Part shown: positions 8,162 to 16,414 of the stretch, piece after piece
How positions within the stretch are numbered: position 1 is the stretch's first letter
Layout of the letters: the number at the start of each line of letters is the position of its first letter
Source of the DNA: an uncultured Bacillales bacterium
GTDB lineage: Bacteria; Bacillota_I; Bacilli_A; RFN20; CAG-288
DNA: 64,000 nt
Assembly (NCBI GenBank): GCA_937874465.1
Contig: CALNAX010000069.1
Location: 8,669 to 72,668 of the forward strand
Direction of reading: 5' to 3'
Program-made: the position numbers and the translations under genes
Notes under the pieces: model-generated
Seen by the model: only the letters and a program-made list of their open reading frames with translations
Told to the model about the DNA's origin: nothing
Databases searched by the model: none

Positions 8162-10657
8162 ATGGATGAGGTAAAAGACAATAGCCACTTAATGACGGGT
8201 ACGGCCCCATTGGGCGCGGGGCCGGTCAAGCTCGACGTCCTTTATCGGGTCTTGCCCAATAGCGAGGATGTGGCCTTCCCCGGCTTCAAGGGCGAGATAA
8301 GGGTCACTTCCGAATATGCCAAGCGTTTGTTCGACACCCTTCCTGATGGCGTTTCCTTCGTGATGGCCAAGGCCTTCCGCGAGAACGCCTACGAGAACCT
8401 GGATCAGATCAACCTTCCGGGCGTCAAGACCATCGCCACCTTGTGCCATGTCCTTTCCATCAAGCGGGGCGGTTTCGCCTATATCGTGGAGTACATGGGG
8501 GTAGTCACCGTTTCCCTCAATGCCTTCGACCTCGATCCCCATGACAAGGTCGTGGTCTGCCGGGCCATCGAGCGCAAGGACGTCCAGGTCGATAGGCTTG
8601 CCCTGCAGGGCTATCTTTCCAAGTTCCAGTCTACCTATGAGATGCTTAGGCAGCGTTACACCGCCTTGCCCATGCTCCCCGATCTTTCCAACGTCGCCTT
8701 GGAGAGCACGCCCTACGTACTGGCCAACTTCATAAATTCCGATGTCAGCCTAAAGCAGAACATTTTGGAGTGCGTATCCCCGATCGACAGGTTCAAGTTC
8801 CTGATAAACGACCTGGATCGCTTCAACCAGGACGCCAAGATTGACTATGAGCTTGACCGGGCCGTCAATGCGGCCATGGACAAGAGCCAGAAGGAGTACA
8901 TCCTGAGGGAGAAGATGAAGGCCCTCAAGGACATGCTCAAGGAGTTCGATGGGGACGATTCGGACGAGAAGTACGAGAAGGCCATCACCGATCATCCCGA
9001 GATGTACCCCGAGGACGTGAAGAAGCGCATCAGGGAAGAGGTCGACCGGATGAAGATGATGCCCCCTGGTTCCCAGGAAGGCTCGGTCATCAAAGCCTAT
9101 CTGGACCTGGTCGTGAAGCTCCCCTGGCGGGTGTCGTCAAAGGACAACGAGAGCCTGCCCCAAGTCAAGGAGGTCCTCGATTCGGATCACTATGGCTTGG
9201 TGAAGCAAAAGGAGCGCGTCCTTGAGTATTTGGCCGTCAAGTCGATGACCAAGTCCTTGAAGGCCCCGATCCTTTGCCTCTATGGTCCTCCTGGTGTCGG
9301 CAAGACCTCTTTGGCCATATCCATCGCCCATGCCTTGGGTCGCAAGTTCGAGAAGATCTCGCTGGGCGGCATCTCCGATGAGGCCGAGATACGCGGCCAT
9401 CGTCGCACCTATGTCGGTGCCTTGCCTGGCAAGATCATCACTTCCATCCTCCATGCCGGCGTCAACAACCCCGTGATCCTGCTGGATGAGATCGACAAGA
9501 TCGACGGAGGCGGGTTCCACGGGGATCCGGCCTCGGCCCTGCTCGAGGTCTTGGACCCGGAGCAGAACTACGACTTCGAGGACAATTACCTCGACTTGCC
9601 CTTCGATCTTTCCAATGTATTGTTCGTTTGCACCGCCAATGATCTTGAAAAGGTCCCGGCTCCGTTGCTGGACCGCCTTGAGTTGATTGAGCTCAACACC
9701 TACACCAAGTACGAGAAGATGAACATCGCCCGCGAGCACCTGATCAAGCTCGAGGAGAAGGCCAACGGCATCAAGGATGGGATGATCGAGTTCACCGATG
9801 AGGCCCTTGACCTTTTGATCGAAGGCTACACCAGGGAGGCCGGTGTCCGCGATCTGCGTCGGCGCATCGGCACCATCATGCGCAAGTTTGCCGTCGAGTA
9901 TCTCCAGGACCCCGCCACTCATAACCATCTTGTCGTGACTCCGGCAGTGGTCGAAAAGATGCTTGGCAATGAGCCGTTCATCCATATGGACGCCGACAAG
10001 ACACCCCAGATCGGGGTGGTCAACGGTTTGGCCTACACCGAATACGGAGGCGAGGTCTTGAAGATCGAGGTCAACACCTTCGAAGGCCACGGCAACCTCA
10101 TCGCGACAGGCCATCTTGGCGATGTCATGAAGGAAGCCTGCCAGGCTGCCCTGTCCTACATAAAGGCCTCGGCGCCTAAGTGGGGCATCGATCCGGATTG
10201 GTTCACCAACCATGACATCCACATCCACTTCCCCGAGGGCGCGGTGCCCAAGGATGGTCCTTCCGCCGGCGTCGCCACTGCCATAGTCGTTCTTTCGGCC
10301 ATCACCCAGGTTCCCTTGAGGGCGGATGTGGCCATGACCGGGGAGATCGACTTGCGTGGCAACTCCATGCCCATCGGAGGGCTGCGCGAGAAGACCTTGG
10401 CCGCCGTACGGGAGCACATCGATACCGTGTTGGTTCCCAAGGAGAACCACAAGGACGTCCTGGAACTGCCCAAGGAGACGTTGGCCAAGCTCAAGATCGT
10501 GGAGGTCAACAACGTGGACGAAGTCATACCCTATGTCTTCGTCACCGATCCTTCCACCATCAAGGACGAGATCGCCGAGCGGACCCATGTGGCCAAGAAG
10601 GACGACACTACCATCCAGCCCAAGGCTGGCACGGTGGTCTCCTCCGTCAGCGCCTAA
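8162..10657 (+). CDS. lon: ATP-dependent Lon protease (LonA type)
   Basis: Walker A GPPGVGKTS, ILLDEIDK, and the protease Ser region PKDGPSAGVATA with a downstream Lys. ATG 8162 follows the AGAGGAGG RBS. The track start at 8111 is TTG. Confidence 0.95.
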   Translation: MDEVKDNSHLMTGTAPLGAGPVKLDVLYRVLPNSEDVAFPGFKGEIRVTSEYAKRLFDTLPDGVSFVMAKAFRENAYENLDQINLPGVKTIATLCHVLSIKRGGFAYIVEYMGVVTVSLNAFDLDPHDKVVVCRAIERKDVQVDRLALQGYLSKFQSTYEMLRQRYTALPMLPDLSNVALESTPYVLANFINSDVSLKQNILECVSPIDRFKFLINDLDRFNQDAKIDYELDRAVNAAMDKSQKEYILREKMKALKDMLKEFDGDDSDEKYEKAITDHPEMYPEDVKKRIREEVDRMKMMPPGSQEGSVIKAYLDLVVKLPWRVSSKDNESLPQVKEVLDSDHYGLVKQKERVLEYLAVKSMTKSLKAPILCLYGPPGVGKTSLAISIAHALGRKFEKISLGGISDEAEIRGHRRTYVGALPGKIITSILHAGVNNPVILLDEIDKIDGGGFHGDPASALLEVLDPEQNYDFEDNYLDLPFDLSNVLFVCTANDLEKVPAPLLDRLELIELNTYTKYEKMNIAREHLIKLEEKANGIKDGMIEFTDEALDLLIEGYTREAGVRDLRRRIGTIMRKFAVEYLQDPATHNHLVVTPAVVEKMLGNEPFIHMDADKTPQIGVVNGLAYTEYGGEVLKIEVNTFEGHGNLIATGHLGDVMKEACQAALSYIKASAPKWGIDPDWFTNHDIHIHFPEGAVPKDGPSAGVATAIVVLSAITQVPLRADVAMTGEIDLRGNSMPIGGLREKTLAAVREHIDTVLVPKENHKDVLELPKETLAKLKIVEVNNVDEVIPYVFVTDPSTIKDEIAERTHVAKKDDTTIQPKAGTVVSSVSA

Positions 10658-10659
10658 CC

Positions 10660-11226
10660 ATGGAAATCAAAGAGTTCAGCCAGGCTTATTTCAAGACTAG
10701 CGTGGCTCAACCCACGGGATTCCCGACCGATCGGCCGGGGATTCTTTTTGTCGGGAAGTCCAATGCGGGCAAGTCCACGCTCCTCAATGCCCTGGTGGGC
10801 CAAAGGAACCTCATGAGGGTATCCAATACCCCGGGCCGGACGAGGCTTTTGAATTACGTGGCGGTAGGGAAGAGCCTCTATCTCATCGATGCGCCGGGTT
10901 ATGGCTACGCGACGGGCTCCAACGCCTTCGACCTTTTGATGGAGCCGTTCCTGACCGCAGCCAAGGACTTCATTAAGGCCGTGGTCCTGGTCATGGACGC
11001 CAGGCGCGGGTTCGAGGATCTGGACCAGAAGATGGTGGATTATGCCAATGCCGTTGGCCTGAAGGTCCTTTATGTCTTCTCCAAGGCCGACAAGCTTAAT
11101 CGCGAGGACCGTGCCGCCTTGAGAAGGCAGGGAAGCGAAAAGACCGGCCAGGACATATACCTGGTCGGCTTCAAGGACGATTTCGACTTGGGAAGGCTAA
11201 GGCGGGAATTGGCCCGCTTGGCCTAG
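10660..11226 (+). CDS. engB: ribosome-biogenesis GTPase EngB/YsxC
   Basis: G1 motif GKSNAGKSTLLNAL, then DAPGYGYA and SKADK. It lies immediately downstream of lon, as with B. subtilis lonA-ysxC. Confidence 0.9.
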   Translation: MEIKEFSQAYFKTSVAQPTGFPTDRPGILFVGKSNAGKSTLLNALVGQRNLMRVSNTPGRTRLLNYVAVGKSLYLIDAPGYGYATGSNAFDLLMEPFLTAAKDFIKAVVLVMDARRGFEDLDQKMVDYANAVGLKVLYVFSKADKLNREDRAALRRQGSEKTGQDIYLVGFKDDFDLGRLRRELARLA

Positions 11227-13601
11227 GCTCGCTTCAGGATTTTCACGACCCCCCTGTCAGCATCCAGGAGGAGGGTGTCACCGGTATTGATGGCGGAGGT
11301 GGCCCCCTTCACGTCCACCAAGAGGGGCAAGGAGTATTCGCGGGCGACGACTGCGCCATGGGAGAGGGCCGAGCCCACTTCCGTAACCAGTCCCCCGATC
11401 GTCGAGAAGTAGGGCGAATAGCCGATATCGGTGCAGGGGGAGACCATAATCTCGCCCGGCTTGAGGTCTATGGCCTCGGCCGGGTTTTTCACTATCCTGG
11501 CCTTGCCCTCCACAACGCCCTTGCTTACGGGCAAACCCCGGAGTTGGTTTTCAAAAGTGGCACTCTGCGTCTGTACGGGCTTGGGCTTCCCGATTGACAC
11601 ATCCGGGAATTCCAACAGGACCTGGGCCGCATAGACCCTTCTCCTGGCCAAGGCCTTCTTCTTGAGGGCCTGGTCCTTGGTGGCAAGCAAGGTGGCAATT
11701 TCCTTGTGGGACAGGAAGTAGATCGAATCAGGGTCGGCGAGGAGGCCGCTTTCGGTCATCTTCACGGCCAGGGCCCGATAGGCCTTCTTGAAATCGTCGA
11801 CGACCTTTATGAACAAAGACTTGGTGCCTTCTCGCCGCACTACCCCCTTGCGGGCGGAAACGACGAGGAGGGACAGAAGCGGCCTGAGCCAAGCGCTTTG
11901 GGTCTTCAGGAATTCCCTTCGGCTCTTCTTCCACTTCGTTTTGCCCTCTACCTTGGAGGGCGAGAGCATCACGGCCTTGAGGAAGGAGGCCAAGGCGAGG
12001 CGGTCATCGGCCCAGCCTTTGTTTCTCATCTCGGCTTCCTTTACGGCCCGATGGCCATGGCGGGTCAGAAAGGCCTGGTAGGCCTTGCTGACTCTACGGT
12101 TGGGCGTGTGCTCCAGGTAGGACAAAAGCCTATCCGGCGCGAGGGCGGAGGCCTTGGAATCGTCGGCCTGTATCAGCCTGCCTAACCTGGTAAGCGACTT
12201 AAGGATGTCTGCCGATTCGATGCCCGGGATGTCGCTAAGACAACCGGCCAATATGGCCCGGGAACGAATGGGGTCCACCCCTCTTTTGGCCATGGCCATC
12301 AATAGGCCACTGCTCAAGGCACCGGAATACGATGAGGAGGCGTAGTGCCAGGAACAGGCTTGGCCGAGCTTGCCATACTGTTTGTCGATTTGGCAATAGA
12401 GATCCTCCTGGCTGGTCCCAAGATCGAAGCGGATGGCCTTCTCAAGCTTTGACAAGGACCTCTTCGCCTTACGTGAGGACAGAAGGAATCGGAAGTAGTT
12501 CTTGGCATTCTTCTTGCGGGTCTTGCTGTCGGCCAATGGCACCTTGGAATCGGGGGTGCCTTCCAAGACGCGGCCGCAAAGGGAAAGCTCGATGGCGTCC
12601 TTTTCGGCTCCGTAAACCACTTTGGGCATGGCGTAGATGCTGGTCAAATCGATGAACAGGTGGCCCGAGATCGGGACAATGAAGGTGTAGTCAGCAAAGT
12701 CATTCGGATCCGGCTTGACCCCGCTTTTGGCAAACATGACCTTCATGCCGTAGTCTATGGCCAAAGCCGAAGTCGTGATGGTCAAGGGCGTCACGGCCCC
12801 CGGAAGCATCTCCCCGACGTTGTCGGTGGTCAGGACATGGTCGGCGAAGGAAATCTTGGGATCGAATTCGTCGATTTCGGGTAAGGCTGCGGTGGTGATG
12901 GGACGGGCCTGGACCAAATACATGGTCCCATCCCTGTCCAAGGACCACTCGATGTCCAAATCGGACCCAAAGGCCTTTACGGCTCGGTTGCTAAGGGCAA
13001 CCAGATCCCTTGCCTCATCCAAGGCAATGGCTCCGTCTCTTGGACCGACGATTTTGCCATCTTCGGAGAAATGGTAAAGATCGGACGTCGATGTTCCGCT
13101 CACGAGCTTCTCGCCCAAACCGACTACCGCTTCGATGAGGCCAGCGCCATCACCTTGGGGATTCCGGGTGAAGAGGACTCCGGCAGCCTTCGCATCGACC
13201 ATCTTCTGGACCACGACCGTCATCTGGGCCTTGGCCCCATTCAACAGCTTCTTGGCGTAGGCATCGGCCTGTTGGCTTTGGGCTGAAAGGAGGCAGTTTT
13301 TCAACGCCATCCTGAAGTCCTCCTCGGTTTGGACGTTCAGGAAGGTCGCGAATTGACCGGCATTGGAGAAGGCGACGCCATCCTCAAGCGTTGCCGAGGA
13401 CCGGATGGCCACCTTTCCCAGGCCCTTTCGCTTCCACAGGGCGACGGCTGGTTTTGGGTCATCGTCCGGCTTCATGCCGAAGATTGCGAATCCCTTGGGA
13501 ACGGGAAGCCCGGCCCTGGTCAGGATATCCAGACCCCGGGCCTTGCCTCCGGCGGCAGCCAAAAGACTTTGGGGAATTTCCCCAATGGCAAAGATTTCCA
13601 T
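11223..13601 (-). CDS. PEP-utilising ATP-grasp/phosphohistidine dikinase lacking the PEP/pyruvate TIM-barrel domain (rifampin-phosphotransferase-like layout)
   Basis: N-terminal motifs GGKARGLDILTRAGLPVPKGF, AIRSSATLEDG, NAGQFATFLNV and DIEWSLDRDGTMYLVQARPIT. C-terminal swivel-His domain GLVTEVGSALSHGAVVAREYSLP. Start set at MEIFAIGE (ATG 13601). The 87 upstream codons in the track overlap the preceding gene and are Pro/Ser/Arg junk. Confidence 0.85.
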   Translation of the reverse strand: MEIFAIGEIPQSLLAAAGGKARGLDILTRAGLPVPKGFAIFGMKPDDDPKPAVALWKRKGLGKVAIRSSATLEDGVAFSNAGQFATFLNVQTEEDFRMALKNCLLSAQSQQADAYAKKLLNGAKAQMTVVVQKMVDAKAAGVLFTRNPQGDGAGLIEAVVGLGEKLVSGTSTSDLYHFSEDGKIVGPRDGAIALDEARDLVALSNRAVKAFGSDLDIEWSLDRDGTMYLVQARPITTAALPEIDEFDPKISFADHVLTTDNVGEMLPGAVTPLTITTSALAIDYGMKVMFAKSGVKPDPNDFADYTFIVPISGHLFIDLTSIYAMPKVVYGAEKDAIELSLCGRVLEGTPDSKVPLADSKTRKKNAKNYFRFLLSSRKAKRSLSKLEKAIRFDLGTSQEDLYCQIDKQYGKLGQACSWHYASSSYSGALSSGLLMAMAKRGVDPIRSRAILAGCLSDIPGIESADILKSLTRLGRLIQADDSKASALAPDRLLSYLEHTPNRRVSKAYQAFLTRHGHRAVKEAEMRNKGWADDRLALASFLKAVMLSPSKVEGKTKWKKSRREFLKTQSAWLRPLLSLLVVSARKGVVRREGTKSLFIKVVDDFKKAYRALAVKMTESGLLADPDSIYFLSHKEIATLLATKDQALKKKALARRRVYAAQVLLEFPDVSIGKPKPVQTQSATFENQLRGLPVSKGVVEGKARIVKNPAEAIDLKPGEIMVSPCTDIGYSPYFSTIGGLVTEVGSALSHGAVVAREYSLPLLVDVKGATSAINTGDTLLLDADRGVVKILKRA

Positions 13602-13602
13602 T

Positions 13603-14616
13603 TCACCACCTCTTCTTGTCGACGTTGTAGCCGAATTCGACAATGCCTCGGCCGGTCTTCTCCCCGGCCTTGAAGGTGGCGAGCCCTTCGAAGAACCGGT
13701 ATTTGGAAGCGAAAACGTAGGGCGTGTAGCTTTCGACCTGGGCGGTGAACCCGAGTTTGCCCCCATCGCCCGTCTTGGCGGTAACCTGTAGGCTTTCGGG
13801 TTCCCTTCCGTCTTTCGTGAAACCGGCGAACCCAATGTCGGTGAGGGTCTGGTAACTCCCATCCTTATAAACGTAGCCGGTGACGAAGTCTCTCAAGGTC
13901 GGATAGTCGGCCAAGCAGACCTGTACGACGGAACCGTCCGCCATCAAGGCCAAAAGCCAGATGTGGCGGTTCATGAAGTCCCAATCACGCTTGCCATAGG
14001 AATGATCCCTGACGGCCGGAAGCTCCAGCTTCTGGCTTTGGCTGCCATCGAAGGAGTACGAGAGGGTGACTTGGCCCGGCTGCTCGTAATGGACCTGGTC
14101 GTTATCCTTCAATTCTGCGAAATACTCCTTGCTCCAATGATGACGGGCCACGGCCTTGGCCATCTCGGAGGTGGGCGCCATGGTGCCGAAGTCGAAGGCG
14201 CGTCCCCGGGGCTTGAAGGTGAATGAGAGGTCGAGGAAACGGGTGAGGGCGCCATCGGTGACCTGGCCCGCGAAATGGCCTTCGTATTCGCCAAGGATCG
14301 TCTGGTCCCTTACCAAGGCGAACGGCGACTTGTCCTTGGACACGTATTGCTCAAGGTAGGTCCAGGCCTTTTGCCCGGCAGGCTTGAAGGTGAACCATAT
14401 TTCCCAGACGCCACCGGGTCTTTTGCCGATGCGGGAAAAGAAGGAATTCCCCCTGAGGTCATGGGCGGTGAAATAGTAACTGTTGTTAATGAGAAGGCCG
14501 TCGTCGGGACCTAACTCGTAGGCCTCGGCCCTCTCCAAAGAGAAACTCTTGTCGGCCAAGTGTTTCTTCAACTCCTTGTCCATGAAAGACTTCTTTACGA
14601 CGTAAAGCAAACCCAT
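13603..14616 (-). CDS. hypothetical beta-rich protein, translationally coupled to the downstream dikinase
   Basis: 337-aa ORF with a strong GGAGGAG RBS 4 nt before ATG 14616. Its stop TGA (13605-13603) lies 1 nt from the next ATG. I found no recognisable family motif (RDHSYGKRDWDFMNRHIW), no signal peptide and no TM segment. Confidence 0.7.
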   Translation of the reverse strand: MGLLYVVKKSFMDKELKKHLADKSFSLERAEAYELGPDDGLLINNSYYFTAHDLRGNSFFSRIGKRPGGVWEIWFTFKPAGQKAWTYLEQYVSKDKSPFALVRDQTILGEYEGHFAGQVTDGALTRFLDLSFTFKPRGRAFDFGTMAPTSEMAKAVARHHWSKEYFAELKDNDQVHYEQPGQVTLSYSFDGSQSQKLELPAVRDHSYGKRDWDFMNRHIWLLALMADGSVVQVCLADYPTLRDFVTGYVYKDGSYQTLTDIGFAGFTKDGREPESLQVTAKTGDGGKLGFTAQVESYTPYVFASKYRFFEGLATFKAGEKTGRGIVEFGYNVDKKRW

Positions 14617-14834
14617 TTTCTCCTCCAGTAATGCCTTGTTCCAAAAAGGATAGTAATTTTATACGCTCAGGCAGTCGAAAATTACATTGTTAAAACTTAG
14701 AACAATAAATCCATGCACCATGTCAGTCAATCCCGCTACTTGTCTTGGATTGCTTTTTCCCCGAGCGAAAGGCGTATAAATGGAGGCAATTTTGCGTTAG
14801 ATTCTTAAGTGCCGCAAATGAAAGGAACACTGCC

Positions 14835-15308
14835 ATGAGAAAGAATCGCCTGTATCTAGCCTGTTCGTGGTTCACCGCCAAGCAGAAAGAGCTGATGGAC
14901 AAGGGCTATGCCTTGCTGAAGGAGAATCCCACCGTCGACTGGGAGAATTCCTATCGGCCCCTGGATCACCAGTATCAGGGCATCAATATCGATGACCACC
15001 CCGAGATGTTGGCTTCCAAGGAATGGGAGATCGCGACCTACAACAACGACCTTTTGGGCCTGAGGCGCGCGGATGTCTGCATCTTCCTTTACAGCGACGA
15101 TGTCGAGGATCCGGGCCAGGGGTTCGAGCTTGGCTATGCCAAGGCCCTGGGCAAGCAGTGCGTCTTCATCTTGAGGGACAAGAAGCCGACAAAGCCCATA
15201 AATTTGATGTTGGCCGTTTCGCCCGATCGGATAATTACCGTCGACGAGCTTAAGGATTTCGACTTCAACAACATCGAATTCGACTACTATGAAGGCAAGG
15301 TCTATTGA
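14835..15308 (+). CDS. nucleoside 2-deoxyribosyltransferase (copy 1)
   Basis: 157 aa. It reads collinear with the Lactobacillus NDT as I recall it: CSWFT..Q, KENPTVDWENSYRPLD.QY.G, ATYNNDL.G, GFELGYA (Glu98), KPINLM, FDYYEGKVY. ATG 14835 is used; the track start at 14745 is TTG. Confidence 0.9.
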   Translation: MRKNRLYLACSWFTAKQKELMDKGYALLKENPTVDWENSYRPLDHQYQGINIDDHPEMLASKEWEIATYNNDLLGLRRADVCIFLYSDDVEDPGQGFELGYAKALGKQCVFILRDKKPTKPINLMLAVSPDRIITVDELKDFDFNNIEFDYYEGKVY

Positions 15309-15320
15309 AGGGGAACTGGC

Positions 15321-15794
15321 ATGAGAAAGAACAAACTGTATGTAGCCTGCTCGTGGTTCACGCCCGAGCAGAAGAGGATCATGCACGAGGGCTATGGCCT
15401 CTTGGAGAAGAACCCGACCGTGGATTGGGAGGGTTCCTATCGTCCCTTGGACCATCAGTACAAGGGCTGGAACACCGACAACCACCCCGAGCTCCTGAGC
15501 AACAGGGAATGGGAGATAGCCACATACAACAACGACCTCCTTGGCATTCGCCGATGCGACGTGGCCGTATTCATCTACAACGAGGAAGAGGAGGATCCGG
15601 GGCAGGGGTTCGAGCTTGGCTATGCCAAGGCTTTGGGCAAGCAGTGCGTCTTCGTCATCCGCAGTAAGGACGTCAAGAAACCCATAAACCTTATGCTGGC
15701 CGTATCGCCCGATCGGTTCATAACCTTGGACCAGTTGGACACTTTCGATTTCAACGACATCGAGTTTGACTACTTCCTGGGACGGGTCTATTGA
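15321..15794 (+). CDS. nucleoside 2-deoxyribosyltransferase (copy 2, tandem paralogue)
   Basis: 157 aa with a gap-free alignment to copy 1; 113/157 identical by hand count. Same GFELGYA Glu98 motif. Separated from copy 1 by 12 nt. Confidence 0.9.
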   Translation: MRKNKLYVACSWFTPEQKRIMHEGYGLLEKNPTVDWEGSYRPLDHQYKGWNTDNHPELLSNREWEIATYNNDLLGIRRCDVAVFIYNEEEEDPGQGFELGYAKALGKQCVFVIRSKDVKKPINLMLAVSPDRFITLDQLDTFDFNDIEFDYFLGRVY

Positions 15795-15857
15795 ACCTCT
15801 TGCGTTGGTCCGGTCGCCATTTGGTAGAATCTAAGGTGGGTTGGAAAGGAGAAGGGT

Positions 15858-16136
15858 ATGGGGAGCGAGAACAGGGTCAATGTAGAGAAAAAGACCATTA
15901 AGGGGAGCGTGCTGTCGATAAGCGGCAACAAGGAGCTGGTCCTGGTCAATGGCCGGAACTATTACATACTTAGGGGCCGGAAAGACCATGAGGGGGATGT
16001 TATTTCCTTCCTGGAGAAGGATTCCCTGCCGATGCCTTCGTATATGTTCGCCATCGCTGCCATGTCCGATCCCGACCTCGATTCCACCTTGGATCAGATA
16101 AAGGAGCGTTGGTTTGGCGATTTCGGCAAGAAGTAG
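15858..16136 (+). CDS. small conserved protein of unknown function (paralogue of 25187..25423)
   Basis: 92 aa with a GGAAAGGAGAAGG RBS. It shares KG[ST]VL..G..LV...Y[YF]IL[RK]G..G..[VI]SF.E.D[SA]LPMPSYMF..AA...DLDS.LD.I...W with the second copy. Confidence 0.65.
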   Translation: MGSENRVNVEKKTIKGSVLSISGNKELVLVNGRNYYILRGRKDHEGDVISFLEKDSLPMPSYMFAIAAMSDPDLDSTLDQIKERWFGDFGKK

Positions 16137-16161
16137 GGCTTTACGGTAAGCCCTATTTGTT
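16135..16161 (+). terminator. intrinsic terminator after the small protein gene
   Basis: AGGGCTT-tacggt-AAGCCCT hairpin overlapping the TAG stop, followed by ATTTGTT. Confidence 0.6.
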
Positions 16162-16188
16162 GCCAAAGCCGATGGTTTGGTCTATAAA
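16160..16188 (+). promoter_or_regulatory. candidate promoter of the valS leader
   Basis: TTGCCA (16160-16165), a 17-nt spacer, then TATAAA (16183-16188). Confidence 0.5.
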
Positions 16189-16194
16189 GTAGGG

Positions 16195-16412
16195 GCATTG
16201 ACGGGAAGGGACAGCAATAGCCTTGGAGCACAGAGAACCCGGGTGGATGAGAACCGGGCATCGGGCCTGCTGCCTGTCGTCCTCGAGCATTCCCGAAAGG
16301 GACGGGCCGGAACGTGAGATCCGGATCAAGAGTGGGCGGAGGAATCCGCCAAGCGGGGTGGTACCGCGCCGGTTGGCGCCCTCGCATGGTGCAAGCCATG
16401 GAGGGCTTTTTT
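16195..16412 (+). promoter_or_regulatory. T-box leader (tRNA-sensing transcription attenuator) of valS
   Basis: Stem I elements AGAGA and GGTGGATGAGAACC. Conserved T-box core GGGGTGGTACCGCG (16355-16368). Terminator GCCCTC(g)CATGG-6 nt-CCATGGAGGGC plus TTTTTT (16378-16412), whose 5' arm can pair with the T-box instead. The leader ends 2 nt before the valS ATG. Confidence 0.85.
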
Positions 16413-16414
16413 CG

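Noticed and set aside
13602-13862. 87-codon N-terminal extension of the dikinase ORF in the track (879 aa)
   Set aside because: It overlaps the 3' end of the upstream gene in another frame and is Pro/Ser/Arg-rich. The conserved ATP-grasp domain begins right after MEIFAIGE, which has its own RBS and stop-start coupling.
14686-14706. ATTGTT-N9-AACAAT inverted repeat in the divergent region between the unknown/dikinase pair and the deoxyribosyltransferase genes
   Set aside because: The 6-bp AT-rich arms sit in an AT-rich spacer, so a chance match is likely. No second copy or known operator consensus was recognised.
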